Source: Acidobacteriota bacterium
GTDB taxonomy: Bacteria; Acidobacteriota; UBA6911; JACOSC01
Direction of reading: 5' to 3'
DNA length: 64,000 nucleotides
NCBI GenBank assembly: GCA_016179055.1
Contig: JACOSC010000258.1
Location: 2,833-66,832 of the forward strand
Shown here: positions 41,129-49,474 of the stretch, piece by piece
How the letters are laid out: each line of letters opens with the position of its first letter
How positions within the stretch are numbered: position 1 is the first letter of the stretch
Translations under genes and position numbers: made by a program
The notes under the pieces: generated by a model
Told to the model about the DNA's origin: nothing
Seen by the model: the letters and a program-made list of their open reading frames with translations, nothing else
The model's database searches: none

Positions 41129-42985
41129 CCCAAAATAAGCGAAGTTACTTCCTGGGCGCGAACAGGCTGTTTTTGCTCGAGCCGGCCGGGCCGCGACAAC
41201 GAATTCTTTCGTCGTAGGACTTGCGAGGCAGATCCTGAAGACACGACTCCCTTTGTCATTTGCTTTTTGGGAATTGCTCGTGGTGTTTCTGCCTCGACCC
41301 TCCCTTCGCCCGGGTTTTTTGGTTTTGCACCGACGAGCCGGGCCGCTCGCTGGTGCAGTGCAATCAGGCCAGCTTCAGCCGCTTGATGTAATCAAACGTG
41401 GCGAAAAACGTCTCGAGATGCTTGCTGTAGGTCAGGATGCGATAGACAAGGCGGCGGCCCGTATTCACGATCTGGCACGGCAGCTGGATGAAGCTGATCA
41501 GGAAGCGTTTGAACTCCATCCGCACGATGTCCCTGCGTGCACTCTTCGATTGCGTCACCAGCCCGTACCAGGCCTTGAGGTTCCAGGCCAGAGCTGCAAT
41601 GACCATGTAAGCCCAGTTCGAAACCAGTCCGTCCGACGGCATTCTCAGTGCGTTCACACCGCTCTTCAGCTGTGCAATCACGTTCTCCTGGTTGCAACGA
41701 TCGTTGGCGAAGAGCACAACTTCTTCCATCGTCATCTCACGATCGTCGGTAATGTAGAAGAAGTACCGGATCTCGTCGAACAACCGCTGCTCACCTTTTT
41801 CGACGGTCAGGTTCTTGCGCACCGCGACCATCCGATAGGTCTTCTCACAGCACGTCGGTCGGTAGTCGAATTCAGCCACATCTTCGCCCTGCAGGTGGAT
41901 GTTCTTATATTCACGCTCTCTGATAATCTGCTCCTTGACGTTGTCCGGACGGGCACGTTCCTCGGTTTTGATCTCGTAGCGCGGAGGCCTCTCAAGCCGC
42001 CTCCATGCGCTCTTGGGCAACTCATCGGCCAGCCTCACCACGTTCTTCTTGGCGTCGAAACCGAAAACAAAATGCACCCTTTCGCTCCATCGATCGAAGT
42101 TCTTCGTCAGCGAGAAATCCGTGTCCCCACGCAGCCACACTTTTTGGAAAACCGGATCCACCAGAGAAATGGCCCGGTCTATCCACTCCGCGGCTCCGTC
42201 CGACGAAGGTCTGTTGCCTGGCCGGTTGACCAGATAGAGAACCTCGTTGGTGTTGGCCAAACTCACGATCAGCGGCGCGTAACCCCAGATCCCCGTGTAG
42301 GCAATGTCCATGCCCTGCTTGCACTCGCCCGTCGTCCCGGCAATCGTTCCATCCACGTCAATGATCCCCTCTTTTCGGAACGACTGGCCCTGAAGTGCCC
42401 AGACCTTCTGGCGCGCAGCGTTATACGTCTCTTGAAGCTCAACAATCGAAGGCACGTCGAAGCGCCGAAGAAAATCACCGGCCGTCGTCGGATCTGGAAT
42501 CCTCGTTGCTCCAAGACCATTCATGTACGCTTCGTCATTACGCAATCTCTCAATGTCTTCAAGACACGTCCCGCCCGAGAGCACGTTGTATGCGATGTTC
42601 AGGACGTGGTCCGATTCGTGGTAGGGCACATGAAACTTCAGCAGCTCGATCCTGTCGTTGATCGCAACGTCGAGTTTCAGTCTGCAAACCAACTTGTGGA
42701 TCGCACCGAGGCCACCGTAGCCGATAGCTCGTGTCCGGTCACTGATCTCGTACACGATGTTGGAGTCCTTGAACATGGGGTCGGGCTGGTTTCCGAACTG
42801 TTTTCGCTCAAGCCGCTTTTCAAGATTTTTCTTGTCTCTGCGCAGGATTTTGTGGTCTCTTTTCTTCATCTGGACTATGCTCCTTTTTGGTTTGGAAAGT
42901 TTGGTGCCAATCGTATCATAGCCAATAAAGGAGCATTTGTCCAGCCCTATCTTCCAAATCCGCGCAGAAACCACGCTGGTTTAGG
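41129..42985 (-). mobile_element. Insertion sequence (IS1380/IS4-like DDE transposase) with flanking GACTAGG duplication
   Basis: A 7-bp direct repeat GACTAGG lies at 41122-41128 and 42986-42992. Imperfect terminal inverted repeats: CCCAAAATAAGCGAAGTT.. (left) versus CCCTAAACCAGCGTGGTT.. (complement of the right end). Confidence 0.75.
41364..42974 (-). CDS. DDE transposase of the IS element
   Basis: 536-aa ORF. ..HESDHVLNIAYNVLSGGTCLEDIERLRNDEAYMNGLGATRIPDPTTAGDFLRRF.. is typical of IS1380/IS4-type transposases (family assignment from memory). The start may be the internal ATG at 42869 (MKKRDHK). The 580-aa plus-strand ORF 41253-42995 is its shadow. Confidence 0.75.
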   Translation of the reverse strand: MVSARIWKIGLDKCSFIGYDTIGTKLSKPKRSIVQMKKRDHKILRRDKKNLEKRLERKQFGNQPDPMFKDSNIVYEISDRTRAIGYGGLGAIHKLVCRLKLDVAINDRIELLKFHVPYHESDHVLNIAYNVLSGGTCLEDIERLRNDEAYMNGLGATRIPDPTTAGDFLRRFDVPSIVELQETYNAARQKVWALQGQSFRKEGIIDVDGTIAGTTGECKQGMDIAYTGIWGYAPLIVSLANTNEVLYLVNRPGNRPSSDGAAEWIDRAISLVDPVFQKVWLRGDTDFSLTKNFDRWSERVHFVFGFDAKKNVVRLADELPKSAWRRLERPPRYEIKTEERARPDNVKEQIIREREYKNIHLQGEDVAEFDYRPTCCEKTYRMVAVRKNLTVEKGEQRLFDEIRYFFYITDDREMTMEEVVLFANDRCNQENVIAQLKSGVNALRMPSDGLVSNWAYMVIAALAWNLKAWYGLVTQSKSARRDIVRMEFKRFLISFIQLPCQIVNTGRRLVYRILTYSKHLETFFATFDYIKRLKLA

Positions 42986-43574
42986 GACTAGGTAGCAGGT
43001 ATACACATTTCTTACTGTATTCTATCGCCTTTTTGTAGTCCTTCTTGAGGAAGGAGACACGTGCCAAGGCATGCCACAGATTCGCGTTTTCTTTATTCTG
43101 CTGCAAAAGTGATTCCAGATAATGTTCACCTTCGGCCAGTCGTCCGCGCAAAGCATAAATTTCCACCAAATCATAAGCATGAGAATAGGTCGGATCATCC
43201 GCAATCAATGTCTTAAATATTAATAGCGCCTCATCATACTTTCCTTGGTAGCTGAGTCGCAAAGCTTTATTAAATTTGCTTATACTGTTGGCTCTATCTA
43301 TGTTTTCGGCGGCAGTTGTCTGGCAGCTTAGCAATAAAATCAGGAGGACGAATAGACAGGCAGACATTCTGTTTATGATTTCCTTCTTTTCCTGTCTTAT
43401 TCCCCTTGGTGTTTTCATAGCGATATCAAACCAAAATGGTCGAGATATTATAGGTGCGGCCTCACTATAGAGCATTTTAACCAGAGTTACAATATCTTGA
43501 AGGAATGGCGCACCCCAGATTACCTTTCCAACTCCTTAATTCGGTGGCTGGGGCGCGCCGTTTATCTTTTCCCC

Positions 43575-44402
43575 TCATTTCCTTTCCAGAGCGACGAATC
43601 GACTCTTCAATGCCTCATTTTCCGCTTTTAACTCTTTCACTGCCTCAATGAGCACGGCGGTGAGCCGGCTGTAATCAACAGCTTTGTAGCCCTCTTTGCT
43701 TACTGTGGCCACTACCTCGGGAAAGGCGGCCTCCACTTCCTGAGCGATTACTCCAATTTCTCGGTTACCAGATATCTGACCCAGTGACTCGGCCCGCGCA
43801 TTCCATTTGAACGAGACACCACGAAGCTTATCTAACTTCTCCAATGCCCCTGTCAACGTCTCTATATCTTCCTTCAACCGTATATCTGAAGGTACGTCAT
43901 ACCCATTGGCAAATACCCGTCCCGCCACATGCAGTTTTGATATTGGATTTGTTGTCCCAATGCCGACGTTACCGTTATCCTTAATTGTAAATTTGTAGGC
44001 GCTACCCATATCTGGCCAAGAACCGCTGGCCGCCCCGATTACAACGTTGAAACCTCCAGAGTCTACATCGTAATTGAGCCCAAAAGGGACCCGCCCATTT
44101 GCGTCCTGATGTTGAAATGGCCAAGTAGCATAACCGCCGACTGTGGAGTCACCACCGTCTGTGACAATCAAACCATCTCTAAAGATAAAGCTTCGCCCAG
44201 GGCGCCCAGGGCTCCACGACACTTCCAGCTTCCCTCTTGGAGTAGTCGTTCCGATGCCGATGTTGCCGTAGATAGTCTCGGTTATAATCGAATCAGCAAG
44301 AGTACCTTGATCATCAAACCACTTCACGATCTGCCCGGGTGTCTGTGCTTGGGCCTGCCCTGAGTTCAGGACCAGCATTGCCGACAAAAAAAACAAATCC
44401 AA
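43575..44402 (-). CDS. Secreted tail-fibre-like protein with C-terminal S74 intramolecular-chaperone (endosialidase chaperone) domain; 5' end frameshifted in an A6/T6 tract
   Basis: C-terminus SDIRLKEDIETL..LDKLRGVSFKWN..IGVIAQEVEAAFPEVV..YKAVDYSRLTAVLIEAVKELKAENEALK. A well-placed ATG at 44419 (GGGAGG 8 nt upstream) is out of frame by one base. Adding one T in the run at 44401-44406 gives MHRKVFLDLFFLSAMLVLNSGQAQA. Confidence 0.7.
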   Translation of the reverse strand: MDLFFLSAMLVLNSGQAQAQTPGQIVKWFDDQGTLADSIITETIYGNIGIGTTTPRGKLEVSWSPGRPGRSFIFRDGLIVTDGGDSTVGGYATWPFQHQDANGRVPFGLNYDVDSGGFNVVIGAASGSWPDMGSAYKFTIKDNGNVGIGTTNPISKLHVAGRVFANGYDVPSDIRLKEDIETLTGALEKLDKLRGVSFKWNARAESLGQISGNREIGVIAQEVEAAFPEVVATVSKEGYKAVDYSRLTAVLIEAVKELKAENEALKSRFVALERK

Positions 44403-44540
44403 AAAACTTTGCGATGCATATTGATTACCTCCCTCTCTTAAATGAAGAGCCCCAGATCAGGAGGCTCTAGGTTCTCGTGCCAGGCACGTTGTGTCCTGGT
44501 CGTAGACGGAATGGTTCAGTGGTTCGCCTCAGCGCGAAGG

Positions 44541-45518
44541 TTAGGGCGTGTACGCCTCCACTGTGCTGAGGGTACGCTCAGCGAAGCCGTCATTGTAATA
44601 GCCGCCGATGACGTAGATCGTACCGTCCAGACCGACTGCAGTTGCCAGAGCTGAGCGGGCCGTAGGCATAGAGGCCACGGTTGTCCAGGAATCAGTGGAC
44701 GGATTATAGGCCTCCAATGTGCTCAGAACACTGGTGAAATTGTTACCCCCGGTCTCATAAATCGTGCCATCCAAGCCTGTCGCTGCTGCGAGACCCCAGC
44801 GTGCCGTCGGCATGGATGCCACGGAAGTCCAGGTGTCCGTAGAAGGATTATAGGCCTCATTCGTGTTACGAATAATGAGGCCGGGCTGTGTAAGACCGCC
44901 AGTGGCGTATATCATGCCGTTCAATGCGGTTGCCAGCACTGGGCCGATGCGTGCTGTTGGCATGGGTGCCACAGAAGTCCAGGAGTTCGTAGACGGATTA
45001 TAGGCCTCTGCTGCGTTGGTAGACTGGCCGCCACCCGCTGTATCCCCTCCAATGGCGTAGATTCTGCCATCCGTTCCCGTCGCCGCTCCGAGCCCATGGC
45101 GGGCAGTCGGCATACTAGCGACCGCGGTCCAGGTATCTGTGCTCGGATCATATCTCTCCACTGTATTCAGGGGCCCGCCGTTATACCCGCCGATGGCGTA
45201 GATTCTGCCATCCGGCCCTGTCGCTGCCGCCAGACTGTAGCGGGCCGTAGGCATGGAAGCTACAGTACTCCAGGTATCGGTACCTGGGTCATACGCCTCC
45301 ATGGTGTTCAAAGGAACTCTAGTTAACCCGACCCATTTGTACCCGCCGATAGCGTAGATGATGCCATCTTGTCCTGTCGTTGCCGCTAGCGCCTCCCGCG
45401 CGGTTGGTAGGTGGGCCGAGGTGGTCCAAGTACGCTGGGCAACGGCGGGCCGGGATACGGCCAAGCTCAGCCCGGCCAGGACTGCCAATACGAAGAATCT
45501 TGCAGTACGGGGTATCAT
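44541..45518 (-). CDS. Secreted Kelch-repeat beta-propeller protein
   Basis: ATG 45518 with AAGGAGG upstream. Signal peptide MIPRTARFFVLAVLAGLSLAVSRPAVAQ. Six repeats of the form ..TW(T/S).VASMPTAR..L.AATG.DG.IYAIGG... Confidence 0.8.
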   Translation of the reverse strand: MIPRTARFFVLAVLAGLSLAVSRPAVAQRTWTTSAHLPTAREALAATTGQDGIIYAIGGYKWVGLTRVPLNTMEAYDPGTDTWSTVASMPTARYSLAAATGPDGRIYAIGGYNGGPLNTVERYDPSTDTWTAVASMPTARHGLGAATGTDGRIYAIGGDTAGGGQSTNAAEAYNPSTNSWTSVAPMPTARIGPVLATALNGMIYATGGLTQPGLIIRNTNEAYNPSTDTWTSVASMPTARWGLAAATGLDGTIYETGGNNFTSVLSTLEAYNPSTDSWTTVASMPTARSALATAVGLDGTIYVIGGYYNDGFAERTLSTVEAYTP

Positions 45519-45771
45519 CGCTTCCCTCCTTGATAGAGTTATTGTTTCCGCCATAACTAAAGTTTTTATCTTTGGCCCTTTCAAGAAGCACCACTTGGTG
45601 CGTCCACCCATAAAGACGCACCAGCTTTAAAAACCTGTACATCGAAAATGGAAGAATTTTTCATTTTTTCACTTCAGGCTCCGAGTATGACGGGTTCACA
45701 CGAAAGGAGTAGCCAACACGGGTGAGCTTAATTTATACTCCTACAGGGGAATAGACGATTGCTTCCTCTCT

Positions 45772-45849
45772 ACAGAACCGGGAGCGGTAGCGACCGGGTC
45801 GGCACGTCCGCAGGGCGCGCACCCGGTCGCTACCGCTCCCGGTTCTGTT
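45772..45849. repeat. REP family R1 hairpin, 5' flank of RAYT-1
   Basis: ACAGAACCGGGAGCGGTAGCGACCGGGT-loop-ACCCGGTCGCTACCGCTCCCGGTTCTGT, with 28-bp perfect arms. Confidence 0.85.
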
Positions 45850-45913
45850 CTATACCATGTTGCGTAGACCCGCTCACCGATGTTGGAATGGTGCAGGCGG
45901 GGGAGGAGCTCCG

Positions 45914-46447
45914 ATGAGTGCACCCAATCTTTTTAATGCAGAACGGATCCCGCTAGCCTGTCTCATCACGTTTCGTTGCTATGGTACCTGGCTGCACGGT
46001 GATGCGCGGGGCTCGGTCGACCGCTATCACAATCAGCACGCCGCGCCCCTCCTTCCGCCCCATAAGCCATGGTGGCAGCACAATCGGCGCGCGCTCAAAC
46101 ACGCGCCCGTTGAACTCGATGAGGCCCAGCGGGCGGCGGTGGACGTCGCCATCCGCGAGACTTGTGCTTTACGCGGCTGGGAGCTGCGCGCCGTCCATGT
46201 GAGAACCAATCACGTGCATGTTATTGTTTCGGCCCGGTGCCGGCCGGAGCCCGTGTTGAGCGCCTGCAAAGCCAATGCCACGCGCCCGTTGAAAGAGGCC
46301 GGATGTTGGCCTTATGAGCACAGTCCTTGGGTCGATGGCGGCAGTAAGCGGTATTTGTGGACGGCGCGCAGTGTGGACCGGGCGATGGATTACGTCGTCA
46401 ACGGACAGGGCGGCCAACTGCCGGACTTCAATCAGGGCGATGGGTAA
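45914..46447 (+). CDS. REP-associated tyrosine transposase (RAYT, IS200/IS605 Y1 HUH family), copy 1
   Basis: ATG 45914 after GGGAGGAG. HUH motif TNHVHVIVS and a C-terminal Tyr region RAMDYVVNGQG. It is flanked on both sides by R1 REP hairpins. Confidence 0.75.
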   Translation: MSAPNLFNAERIPLACLITFRCYGTWLHGDARGSVDRYHNQHAAPLLPPHKPWWQHNRRALKHAPVELDEAQRAAVDVAIRETCALRGWELRAVHVRTNHVHVIVSARCRPEPVLSACKANATRPLKEAGCWPYEHSPWVDGGSKRYLWTARSVDRAMDYVVNGQGGQLPDFNQGDG

Positions 46448-46522
46448 CAGAACCGGGAGCGGTAGCGACCGGGTCGACCGCCAGCCCGCACGCACCCGGT
46501 CGCTACCGCTCCCGGTTCTGTT
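46447..46522. repeat. REP family R1 hairpin, 3' flank of RAYT-1 (overlaps its stop codon)
   Basis: Same 28-bp arms as 45772-45849 with a different loop. Confidence 0.85.
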
Positions 46523-46565
46523 TTTGCATGAAGTCATTATGCTCTTCTCTTTCAACCCATTTACC

Positions 46566-47105
46566 ATGGATAAAGATCCGGACGCGGATCTGCTGAAACG
46601 CTTGCGAGCCGGCGAGCCGGATGCCTTTACGCTTTTAGAGATGCGGCATAAACGGATGGTCATCGGACTGGCCGAAGCGTTGGGCGTCGCTAATGAGGCC
46701 GAGGATGTTTGGCAGCACGTTTGTTTGCGTGTCCGACAGAGTAAGGAAGAAGCGACCCTCGGCGCCTTTATCTATAAGACGGCCGTGCATAAATGCATCG
46801 ACCTCAAGCGCAAAGCCGCTCGTCAGAAAGCCTCATTGGACAGCTTGGCGAGGGATGCCGTGGCGACTCCTCAGAGGAATCCGGAAGAAGATCTCCTCCG
46901 GCAAGAGCGGCAGCAGCTCCTGGAGCAGGCGTTAAATTCGCTGCCGCCGGCGGAACGGGAAGTTATCGAGTTGATCCATATTCAAGGCTTGAAACCGCAG
47001 GAAGTAAGTCGAAAATTAAATAAGCCGCCAACTACTATTTATGTTTGCTATTCCAGAGCTCGGAGAAAAATGAGGGAGTTCTTAGAAGCCAAATATAAAA
47101 GCTAG
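46566..47105 (+). CDS. ECF-type sigma factor 2
   Basis: ORF 46314-47105; the 5' part lies on the REP. ATG 46566 (or 46539) gives MDKDPDADLLKRLRAGEPDAFTLLEMRHKRMV.. (region 2) and ..REVIELIHIQGLKPQEVSRKLNKPPTTIYVCYSRARRKMREFL (region 4). Confidence 0.75.
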   Translation: MDKDPDADLLKRLRAGEPDAFTLLEMRHKRMVIGLAEALGVANEAEDVWQHVCLRVRQSKEEATLGAFIYKTAVHKCIDLKRKAARQKASLDSLARDAVATPQRNPEEDLLRQERQQLLEQALNSLPPAEREVIELIHIQGLKPQEVSRKLNKPPTTIYVCYSRARRKMREFLEAKYKS

Positions 47106-47109
47106 ATAT

Positions 47110-47805
47110 GGAGTGCAAAACACCAAGTTTTGCCAGCAGCGGCGAAGCCGCTGTCCCAGCGTCTCCGGCGCACATTGCAGAACTTGGCATTTTGGACTCC
47201 AGAGTAAAGTATGGAAAGCCTATACAAAACTTACACCCACGCGCCGACGCATTATTTTAGTTCCCATGCCGTGTATATGGTCACGGCCGGCGCCTTGCAT
47301 AGGGAGCATTTCATCGGCTCCGATCAAAAGAAACAATGCGTGCTTAACGATATTCGTCATGAAATCGAACGCTATAAATGGGAATTGGTCGCCTGGGTCA
47401 TCCTGTCGAACCATTATCATATGCTATTACGAGCCCCGGAAAAAGCCGCTACGCTGATCCGTCTCATAAAAAACATACATACGTACTCGGCCGGCAAATT
47501 AAACAAGCTGGACGACTCTCCTAGCCGCCAAGTGTGGTGGAATTATTGGGACACCTGTATTACCAACGATCGATCGTTCTATGCGCGTTTAAATTACATC
47601 CATTGGAATCCCGTCAAACACGGAGTGGTTCGCCGGCCAGAGCAATATCGGTTCAGCAGCTATAATGATTATTACGCAGTCGATGCGGCGAGGACCGCCG
47701 AACTGGAGGGCGATTATCCGTTCGATCGCGTTCAGGTTTTCGATGAGTTTTGATGTGGGGCAGCGGCTTTGTCGCTGCTGGCAAAACTTGGTGTTTTGCA
47801 CTCCA
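47110..47805 (+). mobile_element. RAYT-2 unit: tyrosine transposase gene bracketed by 48-bp inverted repeats
   Basis: Left repeat 47110-47157 is GGAGTGCAAAACACCAAGTTTTGCCAGCAGCGGCGAAGCCGCTGTCCC. Right repeat 47758-47805 is its imperfect reverse complement. Each contains a CAGCGGC-loop-GCCGCTG type hairpin. The unit sits between the sigma-2 and anti-sigma-2 genes. Confidence 0.8.
47211..47753 (+). CDS. REP-associated tyrosine transposase (RAYT), copy 2
   Basis: 180 aa. HUH motif SNHYHMLL and catalytic Tyr motif LNYIHWNPVKHG, the classic RAYT / IS200-like Y1 signature. Confidence 0.85.
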   Translation: MESLYKTYTHAPTHYFSSHAVYMVTAGALHREHFIGSDQKKQCVLNDIRHEIERYKWELVAWVILSNHYHMLLRAPEKAATLIRLIKNIHTYSAGKLNKLDDSPSRQVWWNYWDTCITNDRSFYARLNYIHWNPVKHGVVRRPEQYRFSSYNDYYAVDAARTAELEGDYPFDRVQVFDEF

Positions 47806-47868
47806 CATAGAATTATTGTACAGAATCTCAGCGTTACAGCGTCTTATATCAGGAGGTAAACGATCGGT

Positions 47869-48801
47869 ATGCGGTGCCCAAACCCGGAGATGGAAGAAAA
47901 AGTAGCGGGTTATAGCCTCCTGAGTGCCGCGGGGCGGGAAGTCGTCGAGGCGCACATTCTGCAATGTCCCGTTTGCCTCGAGACTAGACGACTGGATACG
48001 GAGATCAACCGCGCCATAGACGAAAGAGCCGGGGCCCACCGCGCCGCGCTACAAGATAACCACTTGGCATCGGAGGATATCCTAGCGTATGCCTTGCCAA
48101 GGCAAACCTTCCGCCGGAAGCGATGGCGAGAGCTGGAGACCCATTTAAACCGGTGTGCCGAGTGTCAGCGGGAGGTCTGGTTGGTGCAAGATACCGAAAA
48201 GGAATGGGTAGAGCCGAAGCGACCGGCCCTTTCCAATCTCAGGACGTTGATTTTCTCGCCGGCCCTAGTGCTGACGTTGACCGGCATCGTGCTGCTCCTT
48301 CTTCCCTATCTAGCTTTCAGAACCATTAGCCTGCGGCGCCAAATCAACGAAGTGACCCAGTCGTATCAGAGCAGTGTCGCCGAAGCTGAAAGGCAAGCCG
48401 AAGGGATACGCAAGGATTATGCACGCCTGGAGCAGGACCGTCGTGACTTGCTCCAGCCCCAAATCGGCGGTCCCGTGTTTAAGCCGACCGAGATACCGGT
48501 GCGCCGGGGACCAGGCGGCGAACCCACCGGAAGCTCGATTGAATTTCATTTTTCTCGACAAGTCCAATCCATCACCACCATTATTTCGTTACCGCCCAGT
48601 CGGCATAACACGTATGAGGTTCAGATCTATCAATCGGACAAAAGACTTTGGGTCGGCTCTGTGCTACTGCCGAAACCGGTGTTGGCGCTCACGCTCCATG
48701 CACGGTCGCTGGAGGCCGGTCAGTATATGCTCAAGATTTACGAAAAGAACGAGCCGCCAACCTTGGTGGCGTATCGTCCACTCCTTGTCCTTAAAGATTA
48801 A
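47869..48801 (+). CDS. Anti-sigma factor 2 (two ZAS-type H-x3-C-x2-C motifs, one TM helix, extracytoplasmic domain)
   Basis: 310 aa. HILQCPVC and HLNRCAEC. TM segment IFSPALVLTLTGIVLLLLPYLAF. A coiled-coil segment, then a beta-rich C-terminal domain. Confidence 0.7.
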   Translation: MRCPNPEMEEKVAGYSLLSAAGREVVEAHILQCPVCLETRRLDTEINRAIDERAGAHRAALQDNHLASEDILAYALPRQTFRRKRWRELETHLNRCAECQREVWLVQDTEKEWVEPKRPALSNLRTLIFSPALVLTLTGIVLLLLPYLAFRTISLRRQINEVTQSYQSSVAEAERQAEGIRKDYARLEQDRRDLLQPQIGGPVFKPTEIPVRRGPGGEPTGSSIEFHFSRQVQSITTIISLPPSRHNTYEVQIYQSDKRLWVGSVLLPKPVLALTLHARSLEAGQYMLKIYEKNEPPTLVAYRPLLVLKD

Positions 48802-48834
48802 TCGCCGGATTCAAGCAGGCATCGCCTGGCCAGA

Positions 48835-49440
48835 TCAAAGGGCCTCTATTCGCCGATCAGCTTGTGATACCGGCCCATCCAAATAGGGTAGCAGGAAGAA
48901 CGCCCCGTCGTCTTCGCTGTGGCCGCCGCTGCCGCCGTCCAGGCCGTAGGGGTTGCCGTTCCATTTGAGCATTGGCCACTCGTCGGGCGGCAGCACCAGC
49001 AATGATTGGGGGCGCTTAAAGCGGTCCGACGAAGGGTCGCTGACAATATCCATCCGGTGGGAATTCGTCACGGTCCAGGAGATCAAGTCCATGGGGATTT
49101 GCTGCAAGGTGCAAACCGATTCGGCCGCGCAGAACTCCTGGCTGCCGGTGCCCACGGCGTAGATGAAATTCCACAGCGGATTGTACTCGGGACGTTCCAC
49201 CCGCCAACTGCGTTCCAGGCTCTCCATGAAAATCTTCTTCAGCGAGGGATCGGTCTCGTAGAGCAACAGCGGGTAGTAGGACAGGAACGCCAGCTCGTCA
49301 TCCGAGTGATTGACGTGGCCGGGAACGTTGATCTTCTAATTGCGCGTCCAGAGCGCGTAGTGGTGCTTCGTCACCAGAACATCATAAGCCGCTTGATATT
49401 TTTGGTTGCTTGTGATGTGATGCGCGACCCGCAGATCATG
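48835..49440 (-). pseudogene. 5'-truncated remnant of an unidentified gene with an in-frame TAG (49336-49338)
   Basis: My translation is ..RHDLRVAHHITSNQKYQAAYDVLVTKHHYALWTRN*KINVPGHVNHSDDELAFLSYYPLLLYETDPSLKK.., continuing into ORF 48835-49266. There is no start codon, and the frame runs into the 3' end of the ribB-like gene. Confidence 0.5.
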
Positions 49441-49474
49441 GCGTGGCGTCAGGCCTACAGAACTCGTCAGGAGG

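Larger units (their letters stand above)
38332..43418 (-). pseudogene. Second TPR-CHAT protease gene, interrupted by an IS element (41129-42985) and by a frameshift near 40797-40822
   Basis: Three pieces: 42981-43418 (signal peptide MKTPRGIRQEKKEIINRMSACLFVLLILLLSC plus TPR), 40670-41128 (TPR) and 38332-40797 (TPR plus CHAT: YILFSAHGLLNEE His, DLVILSACQTALG Cys). Removing the IS and one target-site copy restores the frame ..KKCVYLLPS/LLMCYEPLV... Confidence 0.8.

Noticed and set aside
41253-42995. 580-aa plus-strand ORF
   Set aside because: It is the antisense shadow of the IS transposase gene. It has no recognisable motifs, whereas the minus-strand frame has clear DDE-transposase sequence.
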